Assembly: GCA_035636295.1 (NCBI GenBank)
Contig: DASPZL010000440.1
Span: 5,404-69,403, forward strand
Source: Paraburkholderia sp.
GTDB lineage: Bacteria; Pseudomonadota; Gammaproteobacteria; Burkholderiales; Burkholderiaceae
Direction: 5' to 3'
DNA length: 64,000 nucleotides
Below the pieces are notes generated by a model that saw nothing but the letters and a program-made list of their open reading frames with translations, was not told where the DNA came from and did not search any database. A program made the position numbers and the translations under genes. Positions within the stretch are counted from its first letter, which is position 1. Each line of letters opens with the position of its first letter. Positions 37,892 through 47,424 of this stretch are shown piece after piece.

Positions 37892-39625
37892 ATGAGGTTG
37901 TTCCGCAACGCCAAATTGTCCGCCAGCGGATTCGCGCTGGTCGCACTCGTTTCCATTTCCACCGGTTTTCTCGAGGCCACGCCGGCCATCGCGAAGCCGC
38001 CCGCGAAAGCCCAGCCGGCCATACTCACCGCGTCCGCCATTGCGGTCGCGGACAAATTCAGCGCCGACGCCGCTGAGCAGATCTTCAAGGAAGGCGGCAA
38101 CGCCGTCGACGCCGCGGTCGCGATCGCCTTCACGCTGGCCGTGACGTATCCGGAAGCGGGCAACATCGGCGGCGGCGGCTTCATGACGCTCTATGTCGAC
38201 GGCAAGCCTTACTTCCTCGACTATCGCGAGCGCGCGCCGCTGGCCGCGACGAAGAACATGTATCTCGACGACAAGGGCGAGGTCGTCAAAGGCATGAGCC
38301 TGTTCGGCTATCGCGCGGTGGGCGTGCCGGGCACCGTCGACGGCATGTGGCAGGCGCAGCGCCGTTTCGGCAAGCTCAAATGGAAGCAGGTGCTCGCACC
38401 GGCCATCCACTATGCGCGCGACGGCTTCGAGGTCAGCGAGCAATTGCAGCAACGCCGCGACGACGCGGCGAAAGACTTCGCCGGCAAGACCAACTTCGAC
38501 ACCTACTTCGGCAATCTGAAGCAGGGCGTCAACTTCAAGCAACCCGATCTCGCCGCCGTATTGCAGCGTATTTCGGATCAGGGCGCGAAAGATTTCTACT
38601 CGGGCAAGACGGCCGATCTGATCGCGGAGTCCATGCGCGGCCACGGCCTGATTACGAAGGCCGATCTGCAGCAGTACAAGGCCGTGTGGCGTCAACCGAT
38701 CCAGGCCGACTGGAAGGGCTATCGCGTGATTACCGCGCCGCCCCCGAGCTCGGGCGGCATCGGGCTCGTGCAGCTGTTGAAGATGAAGGCCGACCTCGCG
38801 CCCGACTTCAAGGACGTGCCGCTCAATTCCGCGCAATACATGCACCTGATCGCGGAAATCGAAAAGCGCGTGTTCGCCGATCGCGCGCAGTATCTCGGCG
38901 ATCCCGACTTCTACAAGGTGCCGGTCGCGCAATTGACCGACGACGCGTATATCGCCAAGCGCGCCGCCGAAGTCAATCCGAAGGAGCCCTCGGACACGAA
39001 GAGCGTGCAGCCGGGCCTGGGCACGTCGATGCCGGAGAAAGCGGAAACCACGCACTTCTCGGTGGTCGACAAGTGGGGTAATGCGGTGTCGAACACGTAC
39101 ACCATCAACGGTTACTTCGGCTCGGGCGTGGTGGCGGACCGCACCGGCATCGTGCTGAACGACGAGATGGACGATTTCTCCGCGAAGCCGGGCGTCGCGA
39201 ACATGTTCGGCGTGGTGGGCAGCGACGCGAATTCGATTGAACCGAAAAAGCGCCCGCTCTCCTCGATGAGCCCGACGATTCTGACGAGGGACGGCAAAGT
39301 GTCGCTCGTGATCGGCACGCCGGGCGGCTCGCGCATCTTCACGTCGATCTTCCAGGTGATCAACAACATTTACGACTTCAACATGCCGTTGCCGGAAGCG
39401 GTTGGCGCGATGCGCTTCCATCATCAGCTGTTGCCGCCGAACACGATCTTCTGGGAGCCGTACAGGTCGATCGAAGGCGATCTCGCCAAGCAGATTGAAG
39501 CCAGGGGCTACACGCTGAAGCCGCAGGATTTCAACGGCGACATCCAGGCGATCAAGATCAATGGCGATACGCCGGAAGCGGCGGCCGATCCGCGCGGCCG
39601 CGGCGTGACGCGGGTGATTCAGTAG
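37892..39625 (+). CDS. ggt: gamma-glutamyltransferase (exported)
   Basis: signal peptide; GGNAVDAA, E-TTHFS autocleavage Thr, NDEMDDF, RPLSSMSP, GTPGGS. Confidence 0.93.
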   Translation: MRLFRNAKLSASGFALVALVSISTGFLEATPAIAKPPAKAQPAILTASAIAVADKFSADAAEQIFKEGGNAVDAAVAIAFTLAVTYPEAGNIGGGGFMTLYVDGKPYFLDYRERAPLAATKNMYLDDKGEVVKGMSLFGYRAVGVPGTVDGMWQAQRRFGKLKWKQVLAPAIHYARDGFEVSEQLQQRRDDAAKDFAGKTNFDTYFGNLKQGVNFKQPDLAAVLQRISDQGAKDFYSGKTADLIAESMRGHGLITKADLQQYKAVWRQPIQADWKGYRVITAPPPSSGGIGLVQLLKMKADLAPDFKDVPLNSAQYMHLIAEIEKRVFADRAQYLGDPDFYKVPVAQLTDDAYIAKRAAEVNPKEPSDTKSVQPGLGTSMPEKAETTHFSVVDKWGNAVSNTYTINGYFGSGVVADRTGIVLNDEMDDFSAKPGVANMFGVVGSDANSIEPKKRPLSSMSPTILTRDGKVSLVIGTPGGSRIFTSIFQVINNIYDFNMPLPEAVGAMRFHHQLLPPNTIFWEPYRSIEGDLAKQIEARGYTLKPQDFNGDIQAIKINGDTPEAAADPRGRGVTRVIQ

Positions 39626-39678
39626 GCGGTTGATTGAACTGCGCGGACGCATTTTCAACGATGCGCCGTATTCAGACG

Positions 39679-39720
39679 AAAAAGCCTGGCGCTCAATCAA
39701 TTCGAGCGCCAGGCTTTTTT
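39679..39720. terminator. bidirectional intrinsic terminator between ggt and the protease
   Basis: AAAAAGCCTGGCGCTC-9nt-GAGCGCCAGGCTTTTT. Confidence 0.85.
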
Positions 39721-39742
39721 CGCCCAACGGAAGCGCATCACA

Positions 39743-40789
39743 TCAACTCACCTGCTCGACCGGCGTCAACGTCAATTCGACCCGCTGCGCGCCGCGCAGC
39801 ACCGTCACGTTGACGGGCTTGTCGATACGCGACGCGTCGAGCGCGCGTTGCAGGCTATCCACGTCTTGCACCGCAAGCGTGTCGATCGCGACGATCGTAT
39901 CGTCGGTGCGCAGGCCGCCGAGCGCGGCCGGACTGCCCTTGACGATCTCCATGACGTGCACGCCGCTTTCCAGGCTCAAGCCGAAATAACGCTGCACGCG
40001 GCGCGACAGCGGCGTCGTGGTGCCGGCCACGCCGATATAGGCGCGCCGCACGCGGCCGTGCGCGAAGATCTGCATGATGACCCACTTGGCCGTATCGATC
40101 GCGGTCGCGAAGCAGATCGCCTGCGCGCCCGGAATGATCGCCGTATTCACGCCAATTACCTGACCCGCCGAATTGATCAGCGGACCGCCGGAATTGCCGG
40201 GATTGAGCGCCGCGTCGGTCTGAATCACGTCGTAGATCATGCGGCCCGAGTTCGAGCGCAGCGAGCGGCCGAGCGCCGAGACCACGCCGGTCGTCACGGT
40301 TTGCGCGAGGCCGAGCGGATTGCCGACGGCGATCGCGATCTGCCCCACGCGCAGCTTCGACGATTCGCCCAGCTCCACGTGCGGCAGCGGCTCCGGCGAG
40401 CCGATGCGCAGCACGGCCAGATCGCTGCCGGGATCGTCGCCGACGAGATCGGCGTCGAATTTCGCGCCGTCGGCGAGCGTCACCTGAATGTGCGTGGCGC
40501 CGTGCACGACGTGGCTGTTGGTGAGCAGATAGCCGTCGGGCGTGAACAGAAAACCCGAGCCGGTGCCGCCGCGCGCGCCGCGTCTGTCGCGCGCGGACGG
40601 TTCGCCGGGCAGCCGGCGTTCGACGGAAATGAAGGCGACGGCCTGCTGCACGCGTTCCAGCGCGCCGATCACGGTGCGGGAATAGGCGTCGAGCAGGGCG
40701 TCGTCGGATAAGGGGTTGAGTGGATTCGGCCCGGGGGCGTCGGATGCGGCGCGCGACAGGTCATCGATGAAGCGTGGACGGCTTCCCAT
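39743..40789 (-). CDS. S1C (HtrA/DegS-like) serine protease with one PDZ domain
   Basis: GSGF, TNSHVV, DLAVL, GNPLG, QTDAALNPGNSGGPL; C-terminal PDZ. Confidence 0.92.
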   Translation of the reverse strand: MGSRPRFIDDLSRAASDAPGPNPLNPLSDDALLDAYSRTVIGALERVQQAVAFISVERRLPGEPSARDRRGARGGTGSGFLFTPDGYLLTNSHVVHGATHIQVTLADGAKFDADLVGDDPGSDLAVLRIGSPEPLPHVELGESSKLRVGQIAIAVGNPLGLAQTVTTGVVSALGRSLRSNSGRMIYDVIQTDAALNPGNSGGPLINSAGQVIGVNTAIIPGAQAICFATAIDTAKWVIMQIFAHGRVRRAYIGVAGTTTPLSRRVQRYFGLSLESGVHVMEIVKGSPAALGGLRTDDTIVAIDTLAVQDVDSLQRALDASRIDKPVNVTVLRGAQRVELTLTPVEQVS

Positions 40790-40968
40790 GGCGATGCTCC
40801 GGATAAACGGAAATGCAGATGCGGGGCGGGGCCAAAGTTTTCAAGTGCGGCTCGAGGCGGGGCGTGCCGGCGTTGGCTATGAGACACTTTCTTGGGCGGG
40901 TCCGCGCGGAGGCAGCGGCTAATGCGGGGTTGCTGCCGGCGTCTAGGCCCACGCCGGAGCCCGAGCGC

Positions 40969-40990
40969 ACGCCAACGCCAACGCCAACGC
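40969..40990 (+). repeat. hexanucleotide microsatellite (ACGCCA) x3.7
   Basis: read directly; intergenic, upstream of the VOC gene. Confidence 0.8.
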
Positions 40991-41033
40991 GGAGGCACAT
41001 GCCCGCGCCGCCATGCCAAGGAGACAAGCCGCC

Positions 41034-41426
41034 ATGAACTCACCCTCAGCCTCATCGAGCGCACCGACTGAACCACGAATCGAATCGCTCAGCGCGATCA
41101 CCCTCGCCACCCGCGACATGCCGCGCGCCGTGCTGTTTTATCAGGTGCTCGGCTTCCCGATGAAATTCGGCGGTCCGCAGGAGGCGTTTACATCTTTTGC
41201 GTTCGGCGGTTCGTATCTGAACCTGATCGTCGACACACGCGCCCCGGTCAGTTGGTGGGGCCGCGTGATCATCTACGTTTCGGACGTCGACGCACTCTAC
41301 CGGAAAGCGCTCGCGGCAGGCTTGAAGCCCTCGCTCGAACCGTCCGATGCGCCGTGGGGCGAGCGTTACTTCCACATCACCGATCCGGACGGCCACGAAC
41401 TCAGCTTCGCAAGACCGCTGCGCTAG
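41034..41426 (+). CDS. VOC/glyoxalase family protein
   Basis: AVLFYQVLGF, YVSDVDALY, PWGERYFHITDPDGHEL; AGGAG RBS. Confidence 0.88.
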   Translation: MNSPSASSSAPTEPRIESLSAITLATRDMPRAVLFYQVLGFPMKFGGPQEAFTSFAFGGSYLNLIVDTRAPVSWWGRVIIYVSDVDALYRKALAAGLKPSLEPSDAPWGERYFHITDPDGHELSFARPLR

Positions 41427-41622
41427 CGCCGGACGCTCGCGCGAAACTCGCTATCATGAATGCCTACAAGGCGAGAAGGCCGCACGCACACGCCGATCAC
41501 GCTAACGTCAAAGCCCGGCGGCAGCGGTAACATGGCTGACACTTGGCGCTTCGATAATCGAGCGCGTCCGCGTCGCGCTTGCCGACGCGCGCCTAACCGT
41601 TTCCGTTGCCAGGAGAGCCGCA

Positions 41623-42549
41623 ATGAAAGAGCTGGATCCGAGACCTGAAGCCGAGATGCTGGCAGAGCGGCAACGCCGTTTCGAGGAGGACCTCATCGAT
41701 GCGTACGACGAGGAACTCGAAATGGAGGTCGACGACCGCATCATCGACGGCGCCGAAGGCTTCACGCCCGAGCACCGCGAGGCGCGCAAGATGTATTTCC
41801 GCGAGCTGTTCCGGCTGCAAGGCGAGCTCGTCAAACTGCAGGACTGGATCGTGCAGACCGGCCACCGCCTCGTGGTGATTTTCGAGGGACGCGATGCGGC
41901 CGGCAAGGGCGGCGCGATCAAACGCATCACGCAACGGCTCAATCCGCGCGTATGCCGCGTGGCGGCGCTGCCCGCGCCGAACAACCGCGAACGCACGCAA
42001 TGGTATTTCCAGCGCTATGTGTCGCATCTGCCGGCGGGCGGCGAAATGGTGCTGTTCGATCGCAGCTGGTACAACCGCGCGGGCGTCGAACGCGTGATGA
42101 ATTTTTGCAGCGAGGAAGAGTACGAAGAATTCTTCCGCTCGGTGCCCGAATTCGAAAAGATGCTGGCGCGAAGCGGCGTGCAGATTCTCAAATACTGGTT
42201 TTCGATTACCGACGAAGAACAGGAGCTCCGCTTTCAGAACCGCATTCACGATCCGCTGAAGCAGTGGAAGCTGAGTCCGATGGATCTGGAAAGCCGGCGC
42301 CGCTGGGAAGCCTATACGCTCGCCAAGGAAGTCATGCTGCAGCGCTCGCACATTCCCGAAGCGCCGTGGTGGGTCGTGCAGGCGGTCGACAAGAAGCGCG
42401 CGCGCCTGAACTGCATTCATCATTTGCTGAGCCAGGTACCGTATCACGAGATCGAGCATCCGCGTATCGAATTGCCCGCGCGGGTCTATCACGACGAATA
42501 CAGCCGCCAGCCGGTGCCGGAGTCGATGATCGTGCCCGAGGTATATTGA
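41623..42549 (+). CDS. ppk2: polyphosphate kinase 2
   Basis: FEGRDAAGKGG, WYFQRY, FDRSWYNR, WKLSPMD. Confidence 0.95.
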   Translation: MKELDPRPEAEMLAERQRRFEEDLIDAYDEELEMEVDDRIIDGAEGFTPEHREARKMYFRELFRLQGELVKLQDWIVQTGHRLVVIFEGRDAAGKGGAIKRITQRLNPRVCRVAALPAPNNRERTQWYFQRYVSHLPAGGEMVLFDRSWYNRAGVERVMNFCSEEEYEEFFRSVPEFEKMLARSGVQILKYWFSITDEEQELRFQNRIHDPLKQWKLSPMDLESRRRWEAYTLAKEVMLQRSHIPEAPWWVVQAVDKKRARLNCIHHLLSQVPYHEIEHPRIELPARVYHDEYSRQPVPESMIVPEVY

Positions 42550-42703
42550 GCACGCATGGGCGTTCAGAAGAAAGGCGCGAATCAAGCGGGGTTTGACCGA
42601 CAATAGCGATGCCGGCCCGGGGCGATTTTATTTCTGTTGACGGATGTTTTCGGGCTGACCGATAGTCTTGGCCCAAAAGATCCGTTAATTCCAGGCTCCG
42701 TGC

Positions 42704-43450
42704 GTGAACGACACAACCCGCCCTCCCTCATCGCGCGCTGACCATGTCTACTTCAGCGTGCGCGACGATATCTTCGACATGCGCCTCTTGCCCGGCGACC
42801 GGCTGACGGAAGGCAGCATCGCCGAGCGCTTCGGCGTGTCGCGCACACCCGCGCGCGAGGCGCTGCAGCGCCTGCAAAGCGACGGCCTGATGCGCGGCTA
42901 CGTTCGCGGCGGCTGGGAAGTCGTGCCGATCGATTTCAAGCGTTTCGAAGACCTGTACGAGATGCGCAAGCTGATCGAAACCTTCGCGGTCGGTCGGCTG
43001 GTCGCCGCCGACACGTCGTTGTCGGGCAGCGTGCAGCAGATGCTCGACCGGCTCGACGGCATCTGGAACGTTCCCCGCGCGCAACGTCTCCGCGACGGGC
43101 GCGAGATGGTGGCGCTCGACGAAGCCTTTCACCAGGCGCTCGTCATCGCCGCCGACAACTCGGAGCTGAGCGCCGCGATGCAGCGCGTGACCGACCGCAT
43201 TCGCGTGGTGCGGCGGCTCGATCTCGTCTACGGCGACTGCATCGACGACACCTACGACGAACACATCGCGATACTCGACGCGATCCGCAATCGCGAAACG
43301 GAACGCGGCGTCGCGTTGATCGGGCGTCATATAGAAGGCAGCCGCGCGGAAGTGCGCACCTTGACCGCCGAGCGCCTGCAACGCGCCCGCACCGCAATGG
43401 AGCCGCATGGCGCTCCCTATGCACCACCCAGGTTGCGACGCACCACCTAG
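42704..43450 (+). CDS. GntR family regulator (FCD)
   Basis: PGDRLTEGSIAERFGVSRTPAREAL; DEAFH, EHIAIL; GTG start. Confidence 0.88.
   Translation: MNDTTRPPSSRADHVYFSVRDDIFDMRLLPGDRLTEGSIAERFGVSRTPAREALQRLQSDGLMRGYVRGGWEVVPIDFKRFEDLYEMRKLIETFAVGRLVAADTSLSGSVQQMLDRLDGIWNVPRAQRLRDGREMVALDEAFHQALVIAADNSELSAAMQRVTDRIRVVRRLDLVYGDCIDDTYDEHIAILDAIRNRETERGVALIGRHIEGSRAEVRTLTAERLQRARTAMEPHGAPYAPPRLRRTT
43388..43436 (+). promoter_or_regulatory. candidate NtrC-type enhancer pair within the GntR 3' end
   Basis: CGCACCGCAATGGAGCC (43388) and TGCACCACCCAGGTTGC (43420), 32 bp apart; imperfect matches to TGCACC-N5-GGTGCA. Confidence 0.4.
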
Positions 43451-43520
43451 GGTCATCCCTTAGAAAACCCCGATTTCCCAAAAGCCTTATGTAGTGGACG
43501 TTTCAGTCCGCTATGCGTAT

Positions 43521-43536
43521 TGGCACGGTTCTCGCA
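43521..43536 (+). promoter_or_regulatory. sigma54 (-24/-12) promoter
   Basis: TGGCACGGTTCTCGCA, GG-N10-GC, one mismatch to TGGCACG-N4-TTGCW. Confidence 0.75.
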
Positions 43537-43549
43537 TATTCACAGGGTA

Positions 43550-43557
43550 TGTATACA
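43550..43557. promoter_or_regulatory. TGTATACA palindrome, candidate GntR operator
   Basis: GT...AC palindrome just downstream of the predicted start site (~43547). Confidence 0.5.
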
Positions 43558-43577
43558 AGCAAAATCCTGTCGAGAAC

Positions 43578-45188
43578 ATGTCGTCCGAATATCTGAATTC
43601 AATACGCGGAACCCGCGGCATGGCGGTCGCGCCGCACGCGCTCGCCGCGCAGAGCGCGCTTGCGATTCTGCGCGACGGCGGCAACGCCGTCGAAGCCATG
43701 ATCTCCGCTGCCGCGACGATCGCGGTTGTCTATCCGCACATGAACAGCATCGGCGGCGATGGTTTCTGGCTGATCTCGCGCCCCGGCGCCGCGCCGGTGG
43801 GCATCGAGGCGTGCGGCGCGGCCGCGCTGGCCGCCACGATTGGCGAATACCGGTCGCGCGGTCTCGCGGCGATTCCGACGCGGGGTCCGCTCGCGGCGAA
43901 TACCGTGGCCGGCACCGTGTCGGGCTGGCAACTCGCGCATCGCTGGTCGGCCGACACGCTCGGCGGCAGAGTGCCGGTCAAACGGCTGCTCGAGGACGCC
44001 ATCCATTACGCGAAGCACGGTGTGCCGGTTACGCGCAGCCAGTCGCAGTGCGTCGCGAGCCGGCTCGACGAATTGCGTTCGGTTGCCGGCTTTGCCGAGA
44101 CCTTCCTGCACGGCGATCGCGTGCCCGCCACCGGCGAGCGTTTCGTTGCGCCGCGCCTCGCCGCCACACTGGAGCGTCTCGCCGATGCCGGTCTCGACGA
44201 CTTTTATCGCGGCGATCTCGCACGCAGCATCGCGGGCGATCTGCAGTCGGCCGGCTCGCTGCTGACGCTCGCCGATCTCGAACGACATGAGGCGCGGCTG
44301 CGTACGCCGCTTGCGCTCAAGCACTCGCTCGGCACGATCTACAACATGCCGCCGCCCACTCAGGGACTTGTGTCGCTGCTCATTCTCGGCATCCTCGACC
44401 GCGTGTTGACGAAGGACATGGATCCGCTCGGTCCCGAGTTCGTGCATGCGTGCGTGGAGGCGACCAAGCTGGCCTTCGCCGTGCGCGATACCGAGATCAC
44501 CGATCCGAACCACATGCGCGCCGATCCGCGCGCGCTGCTCGAACCCGCGGCGCTCGACGCGATGGCCGCGCGCTTCTCGCCGACGCAGGCCGCGCCGTGG
44601 GGCGCCGGCCGCGGGCCGGGCGACACGGTATGGCTCGGCGTCACCGATAACGACGGCGTGTCGGTGAGCTTCATCCAGAGCATTTATCACGAGTTCGGCA
44701 GCGGCATCGTGCTGTCGGGCTCGGGCATCAACTGGCAGAACCGCGGCTGCAGTTTCTCGCTCGACGAGCGCGCGCTGAATCCGCTGATGCCGTTGCGCAG
44801 GCCTTTCCACACGTTGAACCCGGCGCTCGCGCGTTTCGACGACGGCCGCACGATGGTGTACGGAAACATGGGCGGCGACGGTCAGCCGCAATCGCAAAGC
44901 GCGGTGTTCTCGCGCATCGCGAACTTCGGCTGGAATCCGCAAGCCGCGATCGACGCGCCGCGCTGGCTGCTCGGCCGCACGTGGGGCCAGTCGACCGATA
45001 CGCTCAAGCTCGAAGCGCGCTTTGCGCCCGGCACCGTGGCGCGGCTCGAAGCGCTCGGTCACGAGGTCGAGACGATGCAGGCTTACGACGAAGCAATGGG
45101 ACACGCCGGTGCAATCGTTCGGTATCCGGATGGATTAATCGAAGCGGGCTACGATCCGCGCAGTGACGGGGTTGCCGCGGGCTGGTAA
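43578..45188 (+). CDS. hpxW: HpxW-like oxamate amidohydrolase (GGT/Ntn-hydrolase family, cytoplasmic)
   Basis: closely follows the Klebsiella HpxW sequence as I recall it: GMAVAPH, VVYPHMN.IGGDGFW, PPTQGLVSL, GPGD-TVW, FIQSIYHEFGSG, PFHTLNP, MGGDGQPQ, PRWLLGRTWG; no signal peptide. Confidence 0.8.
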   Translation: MSSEYLNSIRGTRGMAVAPHALAAQSALAILRDGGNAVEAMISAAATIAVVYPHMNSIGGDGFWLISRPGAAPVGIEACGAAALAATIGEYRSRGLAAIPTRGPLAANTVAGTVSGWQLAHRWSADTLGGRVPVKRLLEDAIHYAKHGVPVTRSQSQCVASRLDELRSVAGFAETFLHGDRVPATGERFVAPRLAATLERLADAGLDDFYRGDLARSIAGDLQSAGSLLTLADLERHEARLRTPLALKHSLGTIYNMPPPTQGLVSLLILGILDRVLTKDMDPLGPEFVHACVEATKLAFAVRDTEITDPNHMRADPRALLEPAALDAMAARFSPTQAAPWGAGRGPGDTVWLGVTDNDGVSVSFIQSIYHEFGSGIVLSGSGINWQNRGCSFSLDERALNPLMPLRRPFHTLNPALARFDDGRTMVYGNMGGDGQPQSQSAVFSRIANFGWNPQAAIDAPRWLLGRTWGQSTDTLKLEARFAPGTVARLEALGHEVETMQAYDEAMGHAGAIVRYPDGLIEAGYDPRSDGVAAGW

Positions 45189-45297
45189 GAGCACGCGCGC
45201 TTTTTTTCAATCGAACCGCAGGTCCGGCCTACAGGCACGGAGGACGCTGCACGTTTGCCGATTGCCGGCAGGCATTCGCTCGGTAACTGGAGTCACC

Positions 45298-46593
45298 ATG
45301 ACCACACGCTCTCAACCTATGACATCGGCGGATCTCGAGAACGTCTCGACGTCCGCCGCGCACAACCGCTGGCTTCAGCTTGGACTAGGTCTCGTCTGCA
45401 TGATGGCGATCTCGAGCCCGCAATACGTCTGGACGCTGATGACCAAACCGCTCGCCGCGAAACTCGGTGTGGCGCTGCCGGAACTGCAAGTGACGTTCTC
45501 GCTGCTGATCATTCTGCAAACTTTCTTCTCGCCGTTTCAAGGCAAGCTGATCGACCGCTTCGGTCCGCGCATGCTGATCTCGATCGGCACGGTGATGTCG
45601 GGCCTGAGCTGGGTGCTGGCCTCGCAGGTGCAAAGCGCGCCGATGCTCTATCTGACTTACGGCGTGGTCGGCGGATTGGGCACCGGCATCGTCTATGTCG
45701 GCGTGGTGGGCTTGATGGTGCGCTGGTTTCCGAAGCAGCGCGGCTTCGCGGCGGGCGCCGTGGCGGCCGGCTACGGCATGGGCGCGATCGTCACGACCTT
45801 TCCGATTGCGACGTCGCTGCAGGCGCGCGGCATCGACGCCACGTTGTGGATGTTCGGCATTGCGTTCGCGGTGGTCGGCTTGCTGGCTTCGCAGGGTTTG
45901 CGCGTGCCGCCCTCGCACGACAGCGTCGCTGCAAGCGCGGCCGGTTCCGGCGCTTCCGCCGTGGCGAATCTGCGTCCGTCGCAGACGCTCAAGACGCCGG
46001 TGTTCTGGCTAATGTTCGCGATGATGACCATGATGTCCACCTCGGGCCTGATGGTCACTTCGCAGATGGCCACCTTCGCCGCCGACTTCGGCGTGACCAA
46101 GGTGCTCGTGTTCGGCATGGCGGCGCTGCCGCTCGCGCTGACCATCGACCGTTTCACGAACGGCCTCACGCGGCCGCTGTTCGGCTGGGTGTCCGACAAG
46201 GTCGGCCGTGAAAACACGATGTTCTTCGCGTTCGCGCTCGAAGGCGTGGCGATGGCGCTGTGGCTGCTCACCCGCGACAACGCGGTGCTGTTCGTGCTGC
46301 TGTCGGGCGTGGTGTTCTTCGGTTGGGGCGAAATTTTTTCGCTGTTCCCCTCGACGCTGACCGACACCTTCGGCACCCGCCATGCCACGGAGAACTACGG
46401 CTGGCTGTATATCTCGCAAGGCATCGGTTCGATCTTCGGCGGCCCGCTGGCGGCGCTGATGCACCAGCACGCCGGAAGCTGGGTGCCGGTGTTCGCCACG
46501 GCGATCACGCTCGACATCGTAACCGCGCTGCTCGCCATTGCCGTGCTCAAGCCGATGCGCCGCCGTTTTCTCGCCACGCCGCGCGGCCTCTGA
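45298..46593 (+). CDS. oxlT: oxalate/formate antiporter family MFS transporter
   Basis: CMMAISSPQYVW, DRFGPR, GFAAGAVAAGYGMG, NGLTRPLFGWVSD..GRE, WGEIFSLFP; GGAG RBS. Confidence 0.8.
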   Translation: MTTRSQPMTSADLENVSTSAAHNRWLQLGLGLVCMMAISSPQYVWTLMTKPLAAKLGVALPELQVTFSLLIILQTFFSPFQGKLIDRFGPRMLISIGTVMSGLSWVLASQVQSAPMLYLTYGVVGGLGTGIVYVGVVGLMVRWFPKQRGFAAGAVAAGYGMGAIVTTFPIATSLQARGIDATLWMFGIAFAVVGLLASQGLRVPPSHDSVAASAAGSGASAVANLRPSQTLKTPVFWLMFAMMTMMSTSGLMVTSQMATFAADFGVTKVLVFGMAALPLALTIDRFTNGLTRPLFGWVSDKVGRENTMFFAFALEGVAMALWLLTRDNAVLFVLLSGVVFFGWGEIFSLFPSTLTDTFGTRHATENYGWLYISQGIGSIFGGPLAALMHQHAGSWVPVFATAITLDIVTALLAIAVLKPMRRRFLATPRGL

Positions 46594-46647
46594 CCGGCCG
46601 GCGGCGGCTTGTGCCGGCGCACTATGAATCGTGATCGAGGAGCATGC

Positions 46648-47424
46648 ATGTCAGTTCAGCTCGCATTACGCAACATCCGCAAATCGTTTTCGAACAAACT
46701 GGGTTCGGTCGACGTACTCGGCGGTCTCACCTTCGACATTCACGAGCGTGATTTCGTCAGCATCATCGGGCCGTCGGGCTGCGGCAAGACGACGGTCTTC
46801 AATGTGATCGCGGGGCTGCTCGAGGCCGATAGCGGCGACATCGTCTATCGCGGGCAGAACGTGGAGGGATTGCGCGGCAAGGTCGGCTACATGATGCAGC
46901 GCGACTTGTTGCTGCCGTGGCGCACGGTGCTGCAAAACGTGCTGATCGGCCCCGAGCTGTCGAAAATGCCGGCGGCGCAGGCGCATGAGATGGCGATGGA
47001 GTATCTCAATACGTACGGCCTCGCCGGCTTCGAAAATGCTTATCCACGCATGCTGTCGGGCGGCATGCGCCAGCGTGTGGCGTTGATCCGCACCCTGATC
47101 AACGATCCCGACATCATCCTGCTCGACGAACCCTTCTCGGCGCTCGACTATCAGACACGCCTCTATCTGGAAGGCGTGCTGATGGAAGCGGTTGAGACGT
47201 TCCACAAGACCGTGGTGCTCGTCACGCACGATATCGACGAAGCCGTGGCGTTGTCCAAACGCGTCGTGGTGCTCGGCGGGCGGCCTTCGCAGGTGAAGAA
47301 GATCTACGACATCGACATTGCCGCGCGCTCGCCGATCGGCGCGCGCAGCGATCCGAACTTCGCGGGCTACTTTCACGCGTTGTGCGGCGAACTCGATATC
47401 CAGACCGAGGTGAGGGCAGCATGA
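46648..47424 (+). CDS. NitT/TauT-family ABC transporter ATP-binding protein
   Basis: GPSGCGKTT, LLPWRTV, LSGGMRQR, LLDEPFSALD. Confidence 0.92.
   Translation: MSVQLALRNIRKSFSNKLGSVDVLGGLTFDIHERDFVSIIGPSGCGKTTVFNVIAGLLEADSGDIVYRGQNVEGLRGKVGYMMQRDLLLPWRTVLQNVLIGPELSKMPAAQAHEMAMEYLNTYGLAGFENAYPRMLSGGMRQRVALIRTLINDPDIILLDEPFSALDYQTRLYLEGVLMEAVETFHKTVVLVTHDIDEAVALSKRVVVLGGRPSQVKKIYDIDIAARSPIGARSDPNFAGYFHALCGELDIQTEVRAA

Noticed and set aside
41494-41542. Pho-like heptamers upstream of ppk2
   Set aside because: The matches are degenerate and the two pairs are out of 11-bp phase.
43578-45188. second ordinary gamma-glutamyltranspeptidase
   Set aside because: It lacks the signal peptide and the SSM glutamate-binding motif; sequence and context fit HpxW better.
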